From the NCBI GenBank assembly GCA_964016885.1, contig OZ024741.1, positions 16,492,001-16,556,000 of the forward strand: a stretch of DNA of 64,000 bases, read 5' to 3'. The position numbers and the translations under genes were made by a program. The stretch comes from Eledone cirrhosa (Eukaryota). Below are positions 25,555-38,920 of the stretch, one piece after another (the stretch's first letter is position 1; the number at the start of each line of letters is the position of its first letter). The notes beneath the pieces were generated by a model, which saw nothing but the letters and a program-made list of their open reading frames with translations, searched no databases and had not been told where the DNA came from.

Positions 25555-26050
25555 TATTTTCAAAATATCAATTCAAAACTTTTGTAAATAGGCATCATAT
25601 GTTGTCATTTACACCTGGTTTAAGTTTCATATAAATCGAAGGGGAAATTTTTTTAGCGGGGCTTTGTGCCCCCGGAGAACCCTAATAGGGGGTTTAACCA
25701 CCATTAAGGTGTCTTAATAGTATTAACATTTTCGGAATAGGCATCATATCTTGTCATTTAACTATGGTTTAAATCTCATATAAATCGAAAGGAAAAAGTT
25801 TGCAGCGGGGGTTTGTGGTCCCCTGGAACCCTAATAAGAGGGTTTAACCCCCATTAAGGTCTTTGATTAAAATGAAATATACTTATCCAAGTACTCAGGG
25901 AAATGTAATTTCAGAATATATATGGTTATGGGGGTCTATCTCCAAAACCATAGGAGGAGTTCGTAAAATCTTGTTCCATTTATTGGCCAACATTTTCACT
26001 ATAGGGCGTTTAACCCCCATTAGGGTGTCTTAATATTATTGAAATTTGCA
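25555..26050. repeat. Unclassified element with ~149-bp internal tandem repeats
   Basis: aataggcatcatat.ttgtcattta...aatcgaa.gg.aaa...gggtttaacc.ccattaagg occurs twice, plus a partial third copy near 26005-26030. Confidence 0.6.
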
Positions 26051-26324
26051 CACACACAAACACACTCACACACACACACACATATATATATATACACTAC
26101 ACTACACACATACACAAACACACACATATTTATATCTTTTAGCAGAGCAATTTATTATTGCCACTCAATGAAAACCCTTTGTTTGTTTGGAATAAATGAA
26201 CCTTGAAAATTAGGAGTGCCTGTCAGTGTGTATGTGTTTGTCTATAGATACTTAGCATGAATTTACTACCCTCCCCTACCACCAGAAAATGTATAAATAC
26301 CACCATATTACATTGACAGTCGGC

Positions 26325-26371
26325 TTTTCTGATGATTTCCTGCGAACGAAACAGTTCTAGTCCTGTTGAAG
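26325..26371 (+). ncRNA. Minimal type I hammerhead motif
   Basis: tttt CTGATGA tttcctgcgaac GAAAC agttctagtcct GTT gaag; stems I and II are weak. Confidence 0.55.
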
Positions 26372-26397
26372 TCATTTCTATATTAAATATATATATA

Positions 26398-27010
26398 TAC
26401 TCTTTTAGCTGTTCCAGCCACCCGGCTGAGGCCATGCTGGGGCACCACCCTTGTTGCTCCACATTCTATCTCCAGCCTGTGTTGGCTGGCCATTGATGTA
26501 AGAGAGAGTTCGTTGCTGCTGCCCTTAGGTTACCTTCGTACCGTGCTGTGGGCTCATCCAGGATCCTGGATAGCAGGGTGTCGAGAAGTTTCTTGAAAAT
26601 ATCCACGGCCACACCATGTAGATCTCTCAAATCCTTCGGCAGTTTGTTGAAGAGTTGTTGAACCCTAGTCTATTGCAATATCTGCTTCTTATTCTAGATG
26701 TGACGTCCTGTTCGGGGGTTGGTCCCGCTCTCAATACTAAAGTTTGGCGCTAGTCCCTCCAGGATTTTCCATATGTATATCACTGCGTATCTCTGCCGTC
26801 TTCGTTCCAAGGAGTCGAGTTTAAGTTCTTTTAGCCTCTCCCAGTAGCTCAACTCCTTCATCGTGCAATCCTCTTGGTGTAGCTTCGTTGGATTGCCTCA
26901 AGTTCCGTGGTTAGTTTGATACTATGGGGTGACCACAGCTGGGAGCAATAGTCCAGGCGGCTTAGGACAAATGGTCTTCATAGTATCAACATGGTCTCAC
27001 GGTCTCTTAT
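26398..27010 (-). mobile_element. 5'-truncated, internally deleted copy of the CR1-group family at 60.7-63.2 kb
   Basis: Reverse complement similarity to ~62530-63170 including the taaaagag tail. Confidence 0.88.
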
Positions 27011-27254
27011 ATAGAAAACCTGAAATAAAAAGTCAAGATTTGTTTCGATTTAACAGAGCAGAAAGAATTCGCGTCAGAATATTCCAACCAATCCAGCCTA
27101 TATCAGCTGAATAAATATGTATATGGAGATATATATACACACCCACATGCACATATACATATATATATATACACACACACACATATATATACACACACAT
27201 ATATATACACACACACACACACATTCAAACACACACACATACATGCATGCATGC

Positions 27255-27875
27255 ATGATGGCTGTCCCCTCGTTATCGAGTATGGCCATTGCACGATATA
27301 CCATTATTAATAATTATTAATTAATTCTATCGTGCAATGCCTGTGTGTGAAGATATTTTTTAAAGTGAGGAAAGACTGTGCACTGAGCCAATCCCACTCC
27401 CTGAGCGACAGTAGCTATAACCCGAAAAGAAGAAAATATCAACATCATATGTAACTACTGAGCCGAAGGTGTTATATCGGAGTTATCCCAGTTTCCTGAG
27501 TTACCTTCTCCTAGAAGAATGCCCTGACAAAGGCTAGGGGTCCTTCAATCCCAGTGGTTTAACCGCGCGATCGGGTGTCCAGCCCGACTATTTCTATGTC
27601 CCCGCGCATATACATACACATGCACCCATGTATATACACATATACATTTATATGTCCATGTGTATATACATATTTACACACTTTTGGATGGCCGTTGACT
27701 CTTATGAGTTCTTCCGCCCTTTGGCAGGTTTTGTTTTTTTGTCTTGCAGGGTGTCCAAAATCACCCTCCTCACCAAATAAACTTGGTGGGGTTGCCGGTT
27801 TAGTCGCCGACGACCCGACCATGCGACAGGTTGTACTGGGTTACATGTTACCAATAGTACTCAAGAGTGATCCGA
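27255..27875 (-). mobile_element. Non-coding repeat resembling an RTE 5'UTR derivative (copy 2)
   Basis: Homologous to 4570-5030; interrupted by a simple-repeat insertion at ~27560-27680. Confidence 0.6.
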
Positions 27876-27944
27876 CATACATACATACATACATACATAC
27901 ATACATACATACATACATACATACATACATACATACATACATAA

Positions 27945-30437
27945 TACATAATGGCTGCAAACTCGTGTTCGAGCATTGCCATCGCCCGGTAAAATGTTCA
28001 AAAATGTGAGGCACGAATGTGGCTCTTCAGACCAGCCAAATACTTCCACCCTCTGGCACACACATGGCAACTGTAGGCTCCCCTGAGACCTTCAATTGCT
28101 TTGTTCTGGCTGTGTTCTCGTGTGTCTTTTAAGACCTCCCATGATTGCACATTTCTTGCCACATTCCTTACACCTTTTCAGATCATAATCTACATGAGGT
28201 CCACTGATATGTTCGTGTCTAATCAAACCAGCTTTACTCAGCCAGACTCGACCACAGTGCTGGCAAACCAGATGATGTTCAACAGCAGACAGTTCAGAAC
28301 AGACTCAATCCTCACCTTCCTTTTCAGTGTTAGGTGTTCTCTTCGACGAGTTTCAAAGTGTTCACTTCCTGACTTGATCAAACGTCTCCACTTCACACGC
28401 TCGTCAGCCATTTTCTCCCATTCGTCAGATGAAATTCCAGCACAAGCCAAGGTGCCTCTGATACAGTCCCGGTACCGCCTTTTTGGTTTATGTGGTGGTC
28501 GCCTTCCTTCACACAGTTCTCCATAGAGAAGTTGCTTTGGAATACGATCATCAGACATCCGGACCACGTGACCGCACCACCTCAACCGATACCGAAAGAT
28601 TATGCTCTCTATAGTCACGCACATGCTCCGTTCTAGAACTTCCAAATCACTGACGAACATTTTCCATCGCACCCCAAGTTACTTATGAAGAGATTGTTGA
28701 TGAAATCTCTCCAGTTCCTTGGGGTGCTTTCTGTATGTGACCCACGTTTCACAAACATAAAGCAAAGAGGAGACGACACAAGTCAGATACACTTTCACCT
28801 TGGTTTCGATAGTGATACCTCGTCTGGACCATAAACGTTGATGCAGCCGTCCAAATACATCACTGGCTTTCTTGATTCTTAAGGGTACTTCATTATCATG
28901 TGTGCATGAAGTGTTCAACGTACTACCAAGGTAAAGAAACTTGTCAGCAACGTTTAGCCTCTTTCCGTACACGTACACACTTGGTGCAGTGTACTCGTTT
29001 CCAGGTACTGGCTGATACATCACAACAGTCTTTTCCAAGCTTATTGTGACGCCCAAAGCGCTGCAAGCTGCAGAAAAAGAGTTCATAATATGCTGCATGT
29101 AACTTTGTCAGTGTGCAAAAAGATCGCAGTCGTCTGCATACAAAAACTCTCGGATTATAGATGTTAATACTTTTGTGCTTGTACCAAAGCGCCTGGTGTT
29201 GAACAACCTTCCTGAAGTGCGATACCTGATGTAAACCCCATGAGAACAATATTTGAATGCCATGAGAAACACTATCGTAAAATATAAGGGAAACAGAGTT
29301 GGAGCCGGAATGTCCCCCTGCTTCACTCCATTTTCAACTGATATTGGTTCAGAGATGCTACCACCAATACTGACCAAAGCCTTCATGTCATCATGGAAAA
29401 GATGCAGAATCTTCTACCCTACCTTGGATTTTTTTCCCACAACTCAGTTCGATTGACAGTGTCAAAGGCGTTTGTCAAGTCAACAAAGACCTGGTAAAGG
29501 TCCATACATTGTTCGATACACTTTTCTTGCAGCTGCCGAGCAGAAACGATCATATCCACTGTTCCACTTTCGTTTCTGAACCCACACTGCGACTCATGCA
29601 ACACATTCAGAGCAACTCTTGGGATCAATCTATCCATCAATATTCGACACGACTTTACCAACTACTGAAAGAAGGGATATGACATGATAATTTCCACATT
29701 TGTCCTTGCCGTCCTTTCCTTTATGGAGAATCACCATGAGCGCATCCTTCTTGTGGACATTCTCATCTTCCCACACCATTTTCATGAGGTCAGTCAGGCG
29801 CTGCGTGAAGTTTTCACCACCACACTTCAAAACCGCTCCACTCAGACCATCCAGACCAGGAGACTTACCACAGTTCAGCTTATTGCACAACAGAAGTCCC
29901 CTCTGCAAGAGAAGATACATTAGCCATCTCATATGCTTCACTGGTTCAATAGGAATGGAACAAATGAAATCATCATCAACCTGGTTTAAGAGCTGGTTTA
30001 AGAGCTCATCAAAGTGATCTCTCTATCTGTCGAGTGTCTTTTGGGTCGCGCAGTAATTGCTTGCCATCTTTCGATCTCAAAGGGGCCACTGGAGAGCTGA
30101 AAGGGCCATACACCTCTGTGAGTAGAAAGTGCGGCAGTTTCACATTGTTGCCGTCAGATGCCACTTGAACTTCATCTGCATTGTTGCTCCACCAGGTATT
30201 TTGTATAGCCCTGAGTTTCACCTGCACTTCCTTCTTTACCTGTCTGTAACGCTCATAATTGTCACCAACAGAGCTACCTCCTTTAAGAACCGCATCCAGT
30301 GCCTTTTGTTTTCTGTCTAGCAGAGCCTTGACCTCCTGGTCATTCTCATCAAACCAGTCCTTGTTTTCTTGTGACAAAGCCAAGGACCTCTGCTGAAGCC
30401 TCATAGACCGAGCTCCTGAAGTCCTTCCAGTTGTTCT
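27945..30437 (-). mobile_element. Degenerate RTE-BovB-like LINE (RT region and 3' end)
   Basis: ESQCGFR, FVDLTNAFD, GVKQGDIPAPTLF, FLYADD and LRWCGHVVRMSDDRIPKQLLYGEL; many frameshifts; (TATG)n tail. Confidence 0.9.
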
Positions 30438-30894
30438 CATACACGCATACATACTTACATATATACATGTATACATACTTACATATATACATGTATACAT
30501 ACATGCATACATCCATACATCCAGCCAGCCAGCCATACATACATCCATCCATACACACATCCATCCATCCATCCATCCATCCATACATACACACATACAT
30601 CCATCCATCCATACACACATACATACATACATCCATACATACATCCATCCATCCATACATACATACATGTATACATACATACAAACACACACACATACAT
30701 ACATACAATGGTTAAAGTGTTTGACTGACGACCATAAGTTCATGGGTTCATATTTGGGACCGGGTAGTTATTGAATCAACCTGATATCAATGTTTATTAT
30801 ACAGCACACATCCTCTTTGGTTTAATATGACACATACTAATATCTAACATAGTACCCATCTAATCTGTTATAATATGATTTACCTTTCCTCTGT

Positions 30895-31030
30895 GAAGGC
30901 ACATGGCTTAGGGGTTACGGTACTGGACTAACCACCATAAAGTCATGGGCTCGTTTCTTCGATCCTGCAGCATGTTGCATCCTTCAGTAAAATACTTTAG
31001 TTCGTGTAGCATCTTCTACCAGGACTTGCG
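30895..31030 (+). mobile_element. Old tRNA-derived SINE remnant
   Basis: gaaggcacatggcttaggggtta (A-box-like) ... gggctcgtttc (degenerate B-box); a similar head lies at ~30708-30765. Confidence 0.4.
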
Positions 31031-31334
31031 GCAGACAGATAATATCACTAATGGAAAAAACCTTGTTTCATTAGTATGACCTGGAAATCAGTTCCACTCT
31101 ATTTATCTTCTTTATTAAAGACAATCAAATTATTTTTTTATTTTATTCTTTTTCTTATTTTTCCATGTTTGTTAAATAAATTCCAAAAAATCTAACTTTT
31201 ATGGAAATTTTATTACAAAATTTCAATTTAGTTTATGTTTACGATACAATAAAATGTAATAAAATGTATTGAAGTCGACGAAATGTGGACCTTCATTTTT
31301 GAAAGATGGCTAATGCTATAAGCAGACCTTACAA

Positions 31335-31597
31335 TATTGTACCACAATTTTCCTTTGTGTAAAAGTGAGCAGCCGAATTTAGGAAAGGATAGGGGATTCT
31401 TGAAGATGACCCAATGTCTGGACGTCCTACAACTGCCACTACCGAGGAAAACATTGATCTCAGTACTACAACACCGATGGAAGAAGTGTGTGGAACGCAA
31501 GGGAGACTATGTTGAAAAATAAACCTCATTTGGTCACATTCCATGAGAGTATGAGAGTATCTTTGTTAACCTATGACATTTTCAGTCAACCCTCGTA
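31335..31597 (+). mobile_element. Internally deleted mariner transposon remnant with 3' terminus
   Basis: LEDDPMSGRPTTATTEENID is joined to LQHRWKKCVERKGDYVEK*; ends ttttcagtcaaccctcg|TA. Confidence 0.8.
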
Positions 31598-31618
31598 TAT
31601 ATATATATATATATATAT

Positions 31619-31815
31619 ATAGGAAGAAGTATGATCTCGACGGCAGAGCTCAAGCCGTTTCGACGGCTATTCTGGAGTCCAGAAATAGCCGTCGAAACGG
31701 CTTGAGCTCTGCCGTCGAGGTCATACTTTTTCCTATTTCCCACTCTACTACCCTAAGTTTAGAGTACTCTGGTGCGTTATGGTCCATCTGGTTCCTTACC
31801 ATAATTCCTTTGTTA
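31619..31815 (+). mobile_element. Short hairpin-headed PLE-type element carrying the 3' half of an HHR (copy 2)
   Basis: Near-perfect inverted repeat 31619-31736; GAAAC ggc..gcc GTC; tail homologous to 11843-11921. Confidence 0.65.
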
Positions 31816-31834
31816 TATATATATATATAATATA

Positions 31835-31998
31835 AGTATGTACACGTACATACATATATGTATGTACGGTACATACTTATATGTATACAGACGTACAGTA
31901 CGTCTGTATAAATATATGTATGTACGGTACATACATATATGTATACAGACGTACAGTACGTCTGTATAAATATATGTATGTACGGTACATACTTATAT
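31835..31998. repeat. ~59-bp palindromic minisatellite
   Basis: tatacagacgtacagtacgtctgtata and atgtatgtacggtacatac motifs in tandem. Confidence 0.8.
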
Positions 31999-33544
31999 TT
32001 AAGTAACAGCCGTACTAAGTATGTATATATATATATATATATATATATGGGGAGCTATATACATTCGGTATACAAGGATGCAATTCACTTCTAGCACACT
32101 CAATGTCATATTACTTCCTAAAAACAAGTATGGTGGAGTATATTAATAAAGAGGAATATTAATAAAGTTGAAGATGTTAGAGTCCTTTATTAATTGAGCC
32201 GTTATATCTCAATGGCGATACACATCGTGATTTCTTCAGACAGCAAAAATTGATTAAAAGGTAACATTTCCGCGGCAAATGTGGGTGGAAGGAAGCGGAG
32301 TAAAAAAAAAAGGTGTATGTTTTTGCTTTGAGTGTCCACTCCCTTCTAATTTTCAGAACATCCCAACAGCCCTGCTTAGTCACAGGGGTGTGGGTGACTG
32401 ACCACTCGACTACAACCAAGAATACCACCAACCTTACGTGTTCTCTCTATTTATCAGTCCCCCACCATTTCGGCCGACAATCTATCTGGTCAGTTGGAGT
32501 TCAGACCAGCCGAAATTTATTTACTGCTAGCTTTGGTGGCCAGCAGAATTTAGTGCATTCGTACCCGCTACCCGTTTATGGCGGGATAATATACAGACTG
32601 TAACGAAATTTTGTGGTTGTAACGGATAGTGGAGAGAATGAATTGTTGGTATGGTGGTTTCAATGTAAAGAAAAATACCAGGATTGTGTTGTTACAATGT
32701 TTATTTTATTATAACAATATTCAATGATAAAATCAATAATTTGGTGGCTCTTCGAACCACATAAATACAAGTATCACAGAATAAGATTATAATATAATTT
32801 GTACTGTATCCGAAAGATACAACGTGAATAAACAGAAATGGTGCGTGTGAAGATGCAAACAGTGTGAACTTACTATGAATGCGCGTGTGGGTATTTATAT
32901 ATATATTTGCTTGTTTTAGTAGTAGAAGTAAGCGATCAGCCAGGCAGGTGAGAAATAAGTGACAGACTGGTATTTCGTGACGAGAGCTTGTAAATGCCAC
33001 TTGTCTAGTCTGTATATCACTTCTTTTCTGTCAGGCGTAAACACCTCTGACCTGTGTTTAGCCTCTCCCAAGGGGTTAGTCTCTTGAGCGTAAACAACTT
33101 ACCACGGCTTGTCCCAGAGGCGGGAAAGCTCAGATTCGGTTTCGAATCTTCGCCGCTGTTATAAGACCACCAACGCCAACTTGAGAAAGTTACCTACTGC
33201 TATGGTTAATATAACTTATCATAGAAAATATTAAAGGTTTCACAACCCGAAAAATCCACCCACAAAAATAAATTCTAGAATTCAGGCGTTAAGAGTTAAG
33301 AGTTAGAAGATTGGAGAGCTATACAACAGTTAATACAGTATTATACAAAGTGTATACAGTATTCGTATTAAGGATCGGGTTCAGAGCTGGATAGTAACTT
33401 GTTCTGAGTCCCTATGTTAGAAACTGGCCTCTTGTCGTGAATGACAGGCAATATTTAATGTATCTAATGTAACGAATGTAAAAATTAAACAATCAAGTAG
33501 TTGGTATCTGGTCAATCCGGTGGAGAGAAACAATACATTGATGA

Positions 33545-34160
33545 TTTAAGGAAAGATGTAAGAAAAGGTAGAAATTAGTAAGGATGAACGGGAAAAATGG
33601 GGATTATAAAGAGAATACAGGAATATATATATAAAGGTAAAAAAGAATATTAGATGAAAAAATTTATTGAAATATTCACTGTTGTATAAAAAAGAAATAT
33701 AATAATAGAATGGGAATGAAAATATGAACACATATGATATATACAAAAGCATATAAATAAATTTACAGTAGAATAACATAACAAATATGTTTTAAATATA
33801 TACATTACAAATGGCGAATCTCGCGAGGGCGCTTGGTTGTTCCAGCGCATTAGCCTCGCCATCACCCGAGGCAACGCTGCGAGTGTGCTGGCTTGCCTAA
33901 AAAATCATTAGAGAGGTTGCCCGGTACTCCTTGCGACGTTGCTGACTTTTGCTCTGGTGTTGGCTCGGTTGTTCACCCCTTCCTTTACATTTTCTTTAAT
34001 ATTGCAACATTAAAAGAATATATCTTTCTGGAAGAATCGCGAGCAATTTATAATTTATAATGTTATCTAAGCATTTGTAATGTTATTTATGTATATATTT
34101 AAAACATATTTGTTATGTTATTCTACTGTAAATTTATTTATATGCTTTGTATAATAAAAC
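33545..34160 (+). mobile_element. 3' end fragment of the CRE-like family with an inverted 3'UTR segment
   Basis: GESREGAWLFQRISLAITRGNAASVLACL at 33813-33900; ~33745-33812 is the inverse of ~34075-34150. Confidence 0.75.
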
Positions 34161-34171
34161 TATATATATAT

Positions 34172-37100
34172 ATAACATTACAAATGCTTAGATGACATAA
34201 ATTGCTCGCGATTCTTTCAGAAGGATATATTCCTTTAATGTTGCAAAAGACAGCAGCGTCGCGAGGAATACTGGGCAACCTCTCTAATGATTTGTGAGGC
34301 AAGCCAGCACACTCGCAGCGTTGTCTCGGGTGATGGTGAGGCTAATGCGCTGGAACAACCAAGCGCCCCCACGAGATTCGCCAGTTACCTCTATTAGGCG
34401 AGCCGCCAATGAAGAGAGGAACTCGCAGTCAGCGGCCCGACTCCGCCAAACGTCTCGAAAGCCACAGGCTGAAAAATGTAGCTAGCCGACATCACAGTAT
34501 TTGAGGGTCTTACTCCGCTCGGCTGCGGCAGCTGTGACTCTCGCCCTAACCGCAGCATCCAGGATGTGAGAAGAAGCAAAAGAGTCATTAACAGTGATGT
34601 CCCAGACAAGGCACCTGCCTCTCGACCAGGGGCACAGGGTAAGACCGTCAGGTCTTTTGCCGTCACTTCTGGACAACCCAGATGGTTCTAAGATTGTGGG
34701 GATGTTCGCCCGGGCCAAAGTTCTCTTGAGGTTTAGCTCCGTGTGACGTGCGAAGCGGCCGGCATTCAGGCGGCAAGAAAGACCGTGGTGGCCTGTGGAG
34801 TCGAGGAGTTTACCGCATTGGCACCTCAAACCCATGCAGACGTCAGCTTCCACTCTGAGGGTGATGGAGACAAGAAGTTCGTCCAGGCTGAGTAGGCCAC
34901 CAACGTTGGCCACGGGTAGGGCATCAACCCAGTCACCTGAGTATTTGGCGCTGGCAGATAGTAAGCGGCACCTTGCAAACTGATCCGACTGGATGATGAA
35001 GAGGGAGTCAAAGGTGGCCCTCGAACTTATGCTGTCCCAAGTTCTCTGACTTCGACTGTCCTCCACCTTCTCAGGAAGAGACAAGCCCAGCTCACTCTAC
35101 TGCTGGAGAGCTTCACCCAACTCCCTGTTGGAACTAGTCCATGTTGGAGAGGAGAGGATGCTCCTCACCAGGGTGGTGCAAGCGTGGGTGGAGGAAAGGA
35201 AACAGGAGAGAGAGATAGGACGAACACTTACGAAGACCAAGACCCCCAAATCACTTGGACAACGTAGCCTGATCGCGGGACTCCGGAGAGAATCTAACAT
35301 TGACTAGGCTCTTGAGTCTCTCGAAGATTAGGTCATCGAAGCGTTGGAGGCAAGACGGAAATCTATGAGAGGGGCTGACTCTGAGCAGATACAGCAGCTT
35401 AGGAATAGACAAGTAGCCCCTGAGTATGAAGAAACCTTGATGGAGTTCAATAATTTTAATATTCTTCAGCAGCTGCTCAAAGCCAACCATCTTCGATTGG
35501 AAGATTGACTCGACGGCAAGGTCTGTGATTGATTGGGGCTCCTAAGGAGCACCAAGCCGACGGGGGAGGGACCGCAATGGAAGGGAAGGACTCTGTAAAT
35601 AGTAGGTCAATTAGCTGTTGAGAAGCCGGCTGATTGAGGATCCAGGGCTCACATTTGGAGCTATTGACCTGGAGACCCCGGTGGCCAAGCTCCTCAACTA
35701 TTTTGTTGGCAGTGGCGAGAACCTTATCGGAGTTCCCCCCAAACAAGCATCGTCGAGGTTCCAGACATTGAGGTCCAACTCAACCCCCATCTTGATGACG
35801 TCATCAATGCCAAGTGGAAACAGAGCGGGCTCGAGTCGGTCGCCCTGTTGGACTCCGGGGCAGATGTGATGATTTGGTCACCGAAAGAGAGGTAGGAGGG
35901 CTCCCGATAAGCCTGCCAAGCAAAGCATTCCTGAGATCAAGTTTGAGGAGGGCAAGTTGGTAAAGGCTCTGGTAGCGTGGGCAGCAACCTCACATCCCAA
36001 CTTGGTACCCATCCCCAGCTTGATGGGGGAAAATACCTCCACCAGTGAGTCGGAGACCGCTATCAAATACGTCTTTGCAGTGAGGCGGCGAAGAGAACTG
36101 ATTCACAAACTGAGTCAGACTCTCCAAGACGTCGAGTCCGGCGTCACAGGCCGATAAGGAGATACCATCCTTGAGGTGTTGAGGACGAAGGCCGTCAATC
36201 CCCGCACCTGACCCAGCGGGGAAGGATGAAATCGCTTTTCTGACGATATCGGTGGTGCAAACCGGTCTCGAGTATTCTGGTGGTTCGGGCCAGTGTAGCT
36301 GATCATCTGGGGGTGCCGATGGGTGCTCCTCTTTCAGTCAATCAAGAGAATCAGAGTTGCACGGAGCAAGGGAGGACAGAGGAGACAGACAGCCCCTTTA
36401 ATGTCAAATTCGCTGAATTTGGCATTGACCACTCGCTTGAGGTCTATCGGTTGTCTGTTGGTGGACATCGCGCTCGATGTCGAACTGATGTGAGACGTAA
36501 TTGGGGTAGACTCAAACAGCTGGAACTGCCAGTTGAGAGAGGACATGGGGGAACCCGAATTCGCATTGTGCACGTGAAGAGAGATGAGAGGAAACAAAAA
36601 CAATTTCTGCCAGTCAGACCTATTGCTGGACGAACAAACGTTTTTCAATAAATTAGAGAGGGCACGTGCAAAGCTATTCCGAGTTCCCTTAGGGATCCGG
36701 TTGACGAGCTTTGATTTGGAGAAACCCTGGAGGGCTGTGGCAAAGTCCTCGGTAGAGAGTTGGTCATCGATGCGTGGGGCATCCCTACGGAATACGTCGG
36801 AGCTGAAGTGGCACCGATTACAGATCCAGTATTGAAGCCTTTCGGCTTGAGCTTTGGTGATGTCGACACAGCTTCTGTGGTAGCTTGCGTCGTGGCATAG
36901 GTGACATTTGATTGTCTTTAAGTACCGGCTAGTGCGGGCACAGAGAGCTCAATCAGGTGGTGGGCTGGCAGTAACCGGCAGTAGAGGGCCAGCGTTGGAA
37001 TTCGGTGGAGAGAGTGAGTGAGTAAAAGAGGCAGCAGTGGTTCTAACGATGGGACTAGAGCGGAGGTTGGGTGGTGGGCTAACAGTTGTAGGAGTGGTGG

Positions 37101-37300
37101 GGTCGGCAGGGTTGAATCGCTCGGAATCTGCGGTGAAGAGGAGGAGGAGGGGGTAAGTGGGGACAAGTTAGCTCCTCTCGTGCGTGCCGAAGTTGGTAGA
37201 GAATGAGAGGTCGAAGGCTGACCGGTTGTCACATAGTCGTTCCACCAAGCAGGTCTCTTGGTCGTTCGACGCATGCCTCCGCCACCTAGTGTGGTTTAGA
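34172..37300 (-). mobile_element. Degenerate CRE-like non-LTR retrotransposon (PHD-like finger, RT, restriction-like endonuclease)
   Basis: GVQQGD..PALF and WNLDDACLGG (RT); CQCG..HHGLSC..RHTELN, GKRPDGLTL..LVWD and FQPVAFETFG (RLE); many frameshifts. The 5' end is approximate. Confidence 0.85.
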
Positions 37301-38380
37301 TTAAAGTGGTGGCAACTTTATCAATCGGCAATCGCCGGTGTTAGTTCGATCGAAACATCGGGTCACCGACGGGTCGAGCGAAAACATAGGTAGGCTGTGC
37401 GCGAGGAAGAAGTAAGGGATGAGCAGAGAGAGGGATAGACAGTGGAGAAGGGGGGAGAAGATTACGAGTGCATGGAGATAGGCGTGGTCATGTGAGAGGC
37501 AGTGGAAGAGAAAGAGCAATGAACATGCAAAGAGAAGGAAAATAAAAACATTAGAAGTACAAATTCTGAGTTTGGGTAAATCCGCAGTAAAATCAGAAAT
37601 TGGGAGTTTGTGTAAAAACTACATGGACAAGACTTCAGTAAAATCAAAACCTGAATGTTAGTGATACAATATGTTTACAATTACAGAATGTTTACATTAC
37701 TGGTTCTGAATTCTATCAAGTGGTCAAAGCTTCTAATTCTGTGAAATAGAATGGAAGTTTGGATTGACCTTTCCGTCACACCTGTCTATAAATAGATTCA
37801 GGTTATTTTAAGAGGGAGATGGGATGGTGCCATGTGTTATCTCTTCTTGTTCCTCACCATTTATAATTATTAATTTTTATTTAGCTCCTCACCATTTATA
37901 ATTATTTACTTTTATTATTAGGGGGGGGGGGGATTGTAAGTGTACGTTAGGCGAAATGTGTAATTGTGTGATACAAATGCTCCAGGTAGGTTCCATGCCT
38001 TGCGACAATGGAATGTGACAGTGGATTCTGGTCCACAACCAATCGTTTTAAATTTAATTTTTCTTCTGAAGATCTGTTATTCCTCTCTGTAGATTGTAAA
38101 TGGTAAAATCTTTTCGAATGTCCCTGGGAGTTAAGTGATCCAGCGGAATGGTAAAATCCAGTTCTTTGAAGAATACTTTCAAGTTGTCTCAGACAAAGCA
38201 CACACTCATGCGAAAAAAGGGAAAAGTTAACAATGTTTACCTCGTTTGGTGTTGAATTTGTAGACCCAGAAACATTTTTCAATCACAAGAAAGTGCACAC
38301 ACTCGCATGCACATACATATATGTATATATACATACACATTAACATGTATTTCACATTAAACACAGAGGCACATCTGTAA

Positions 38381-38578
38381 ATAATAATTGTTTCTACTTT
38401 GGGCACAAGGCCAGCAATTACCCAGAGCATTACTGGTACTTTATTTTATCGACCCCGTAAGGATGAAAGGCAAAGTTAACCTCGGCGGGATTTGAACTCA
38501 GAATGGCAAGGACCGTAACTCTATACGTCAAAGCATGGCATCCGACCCTCTACCGATAGTGCCAACCCACCGCCATTT
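38381..38578 (-). mobile_element. tRNA-derived SINE with Nin/Deu-like central domain
   Basis: B-box gagttcaaatccc; gcctttcatccttacggggtcgataaaataaagtaccag; tail ggccttgtgcccaaaagtagaaacaattattatt. Confidence 0.8.
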
Positions 38579-38920
38579 ACATCTGTAAATAATAATAACG
38601 ATATTTAGATGAAGGAGAGGAAATGCAGGAAAAACTTGAAGGAAAATCCGTGATAAATGTCTGAGTGGGTGCGAATTATAGAGAGTCAGTGTGGCAGCTT
38701 CGGGTGTTTTGGTCCGTGCAGTAGCAGCCGGGTGCACCTCACAGGCTGATGAAGTAAGGCAGACTATACTCCGGGAAACCCCAATTGGTGGACACACCTA
38801 ACGGTGGCGGATATTTACTATGGAACAACTTTCGAACGGATTAATGAGAGAACCAAAAGCAACAACTACCTCTTATTCTACATGCAGCACCCTGTAATGC
38901 AGATCTCTTGCCGGGTCCCA

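Noticed and set aside
27025-27075. Minus-strand ctgacgc...gaaac HHR-like motif
   Set aside because: The core is incomplete and the stems do not pair.
32340-33500. Possible LTR (tgtaac start) and, at ~37920, a PPT-like G-run before tgtaag
   Set aside because: No paired LTR, PBS, TSD or gag/pol sequence could be found.
38745-38792. CTGATGA...GAAAC on the plus strand
   Set aside because: The cleavage position would be G and stem I does not pair; probably chance.
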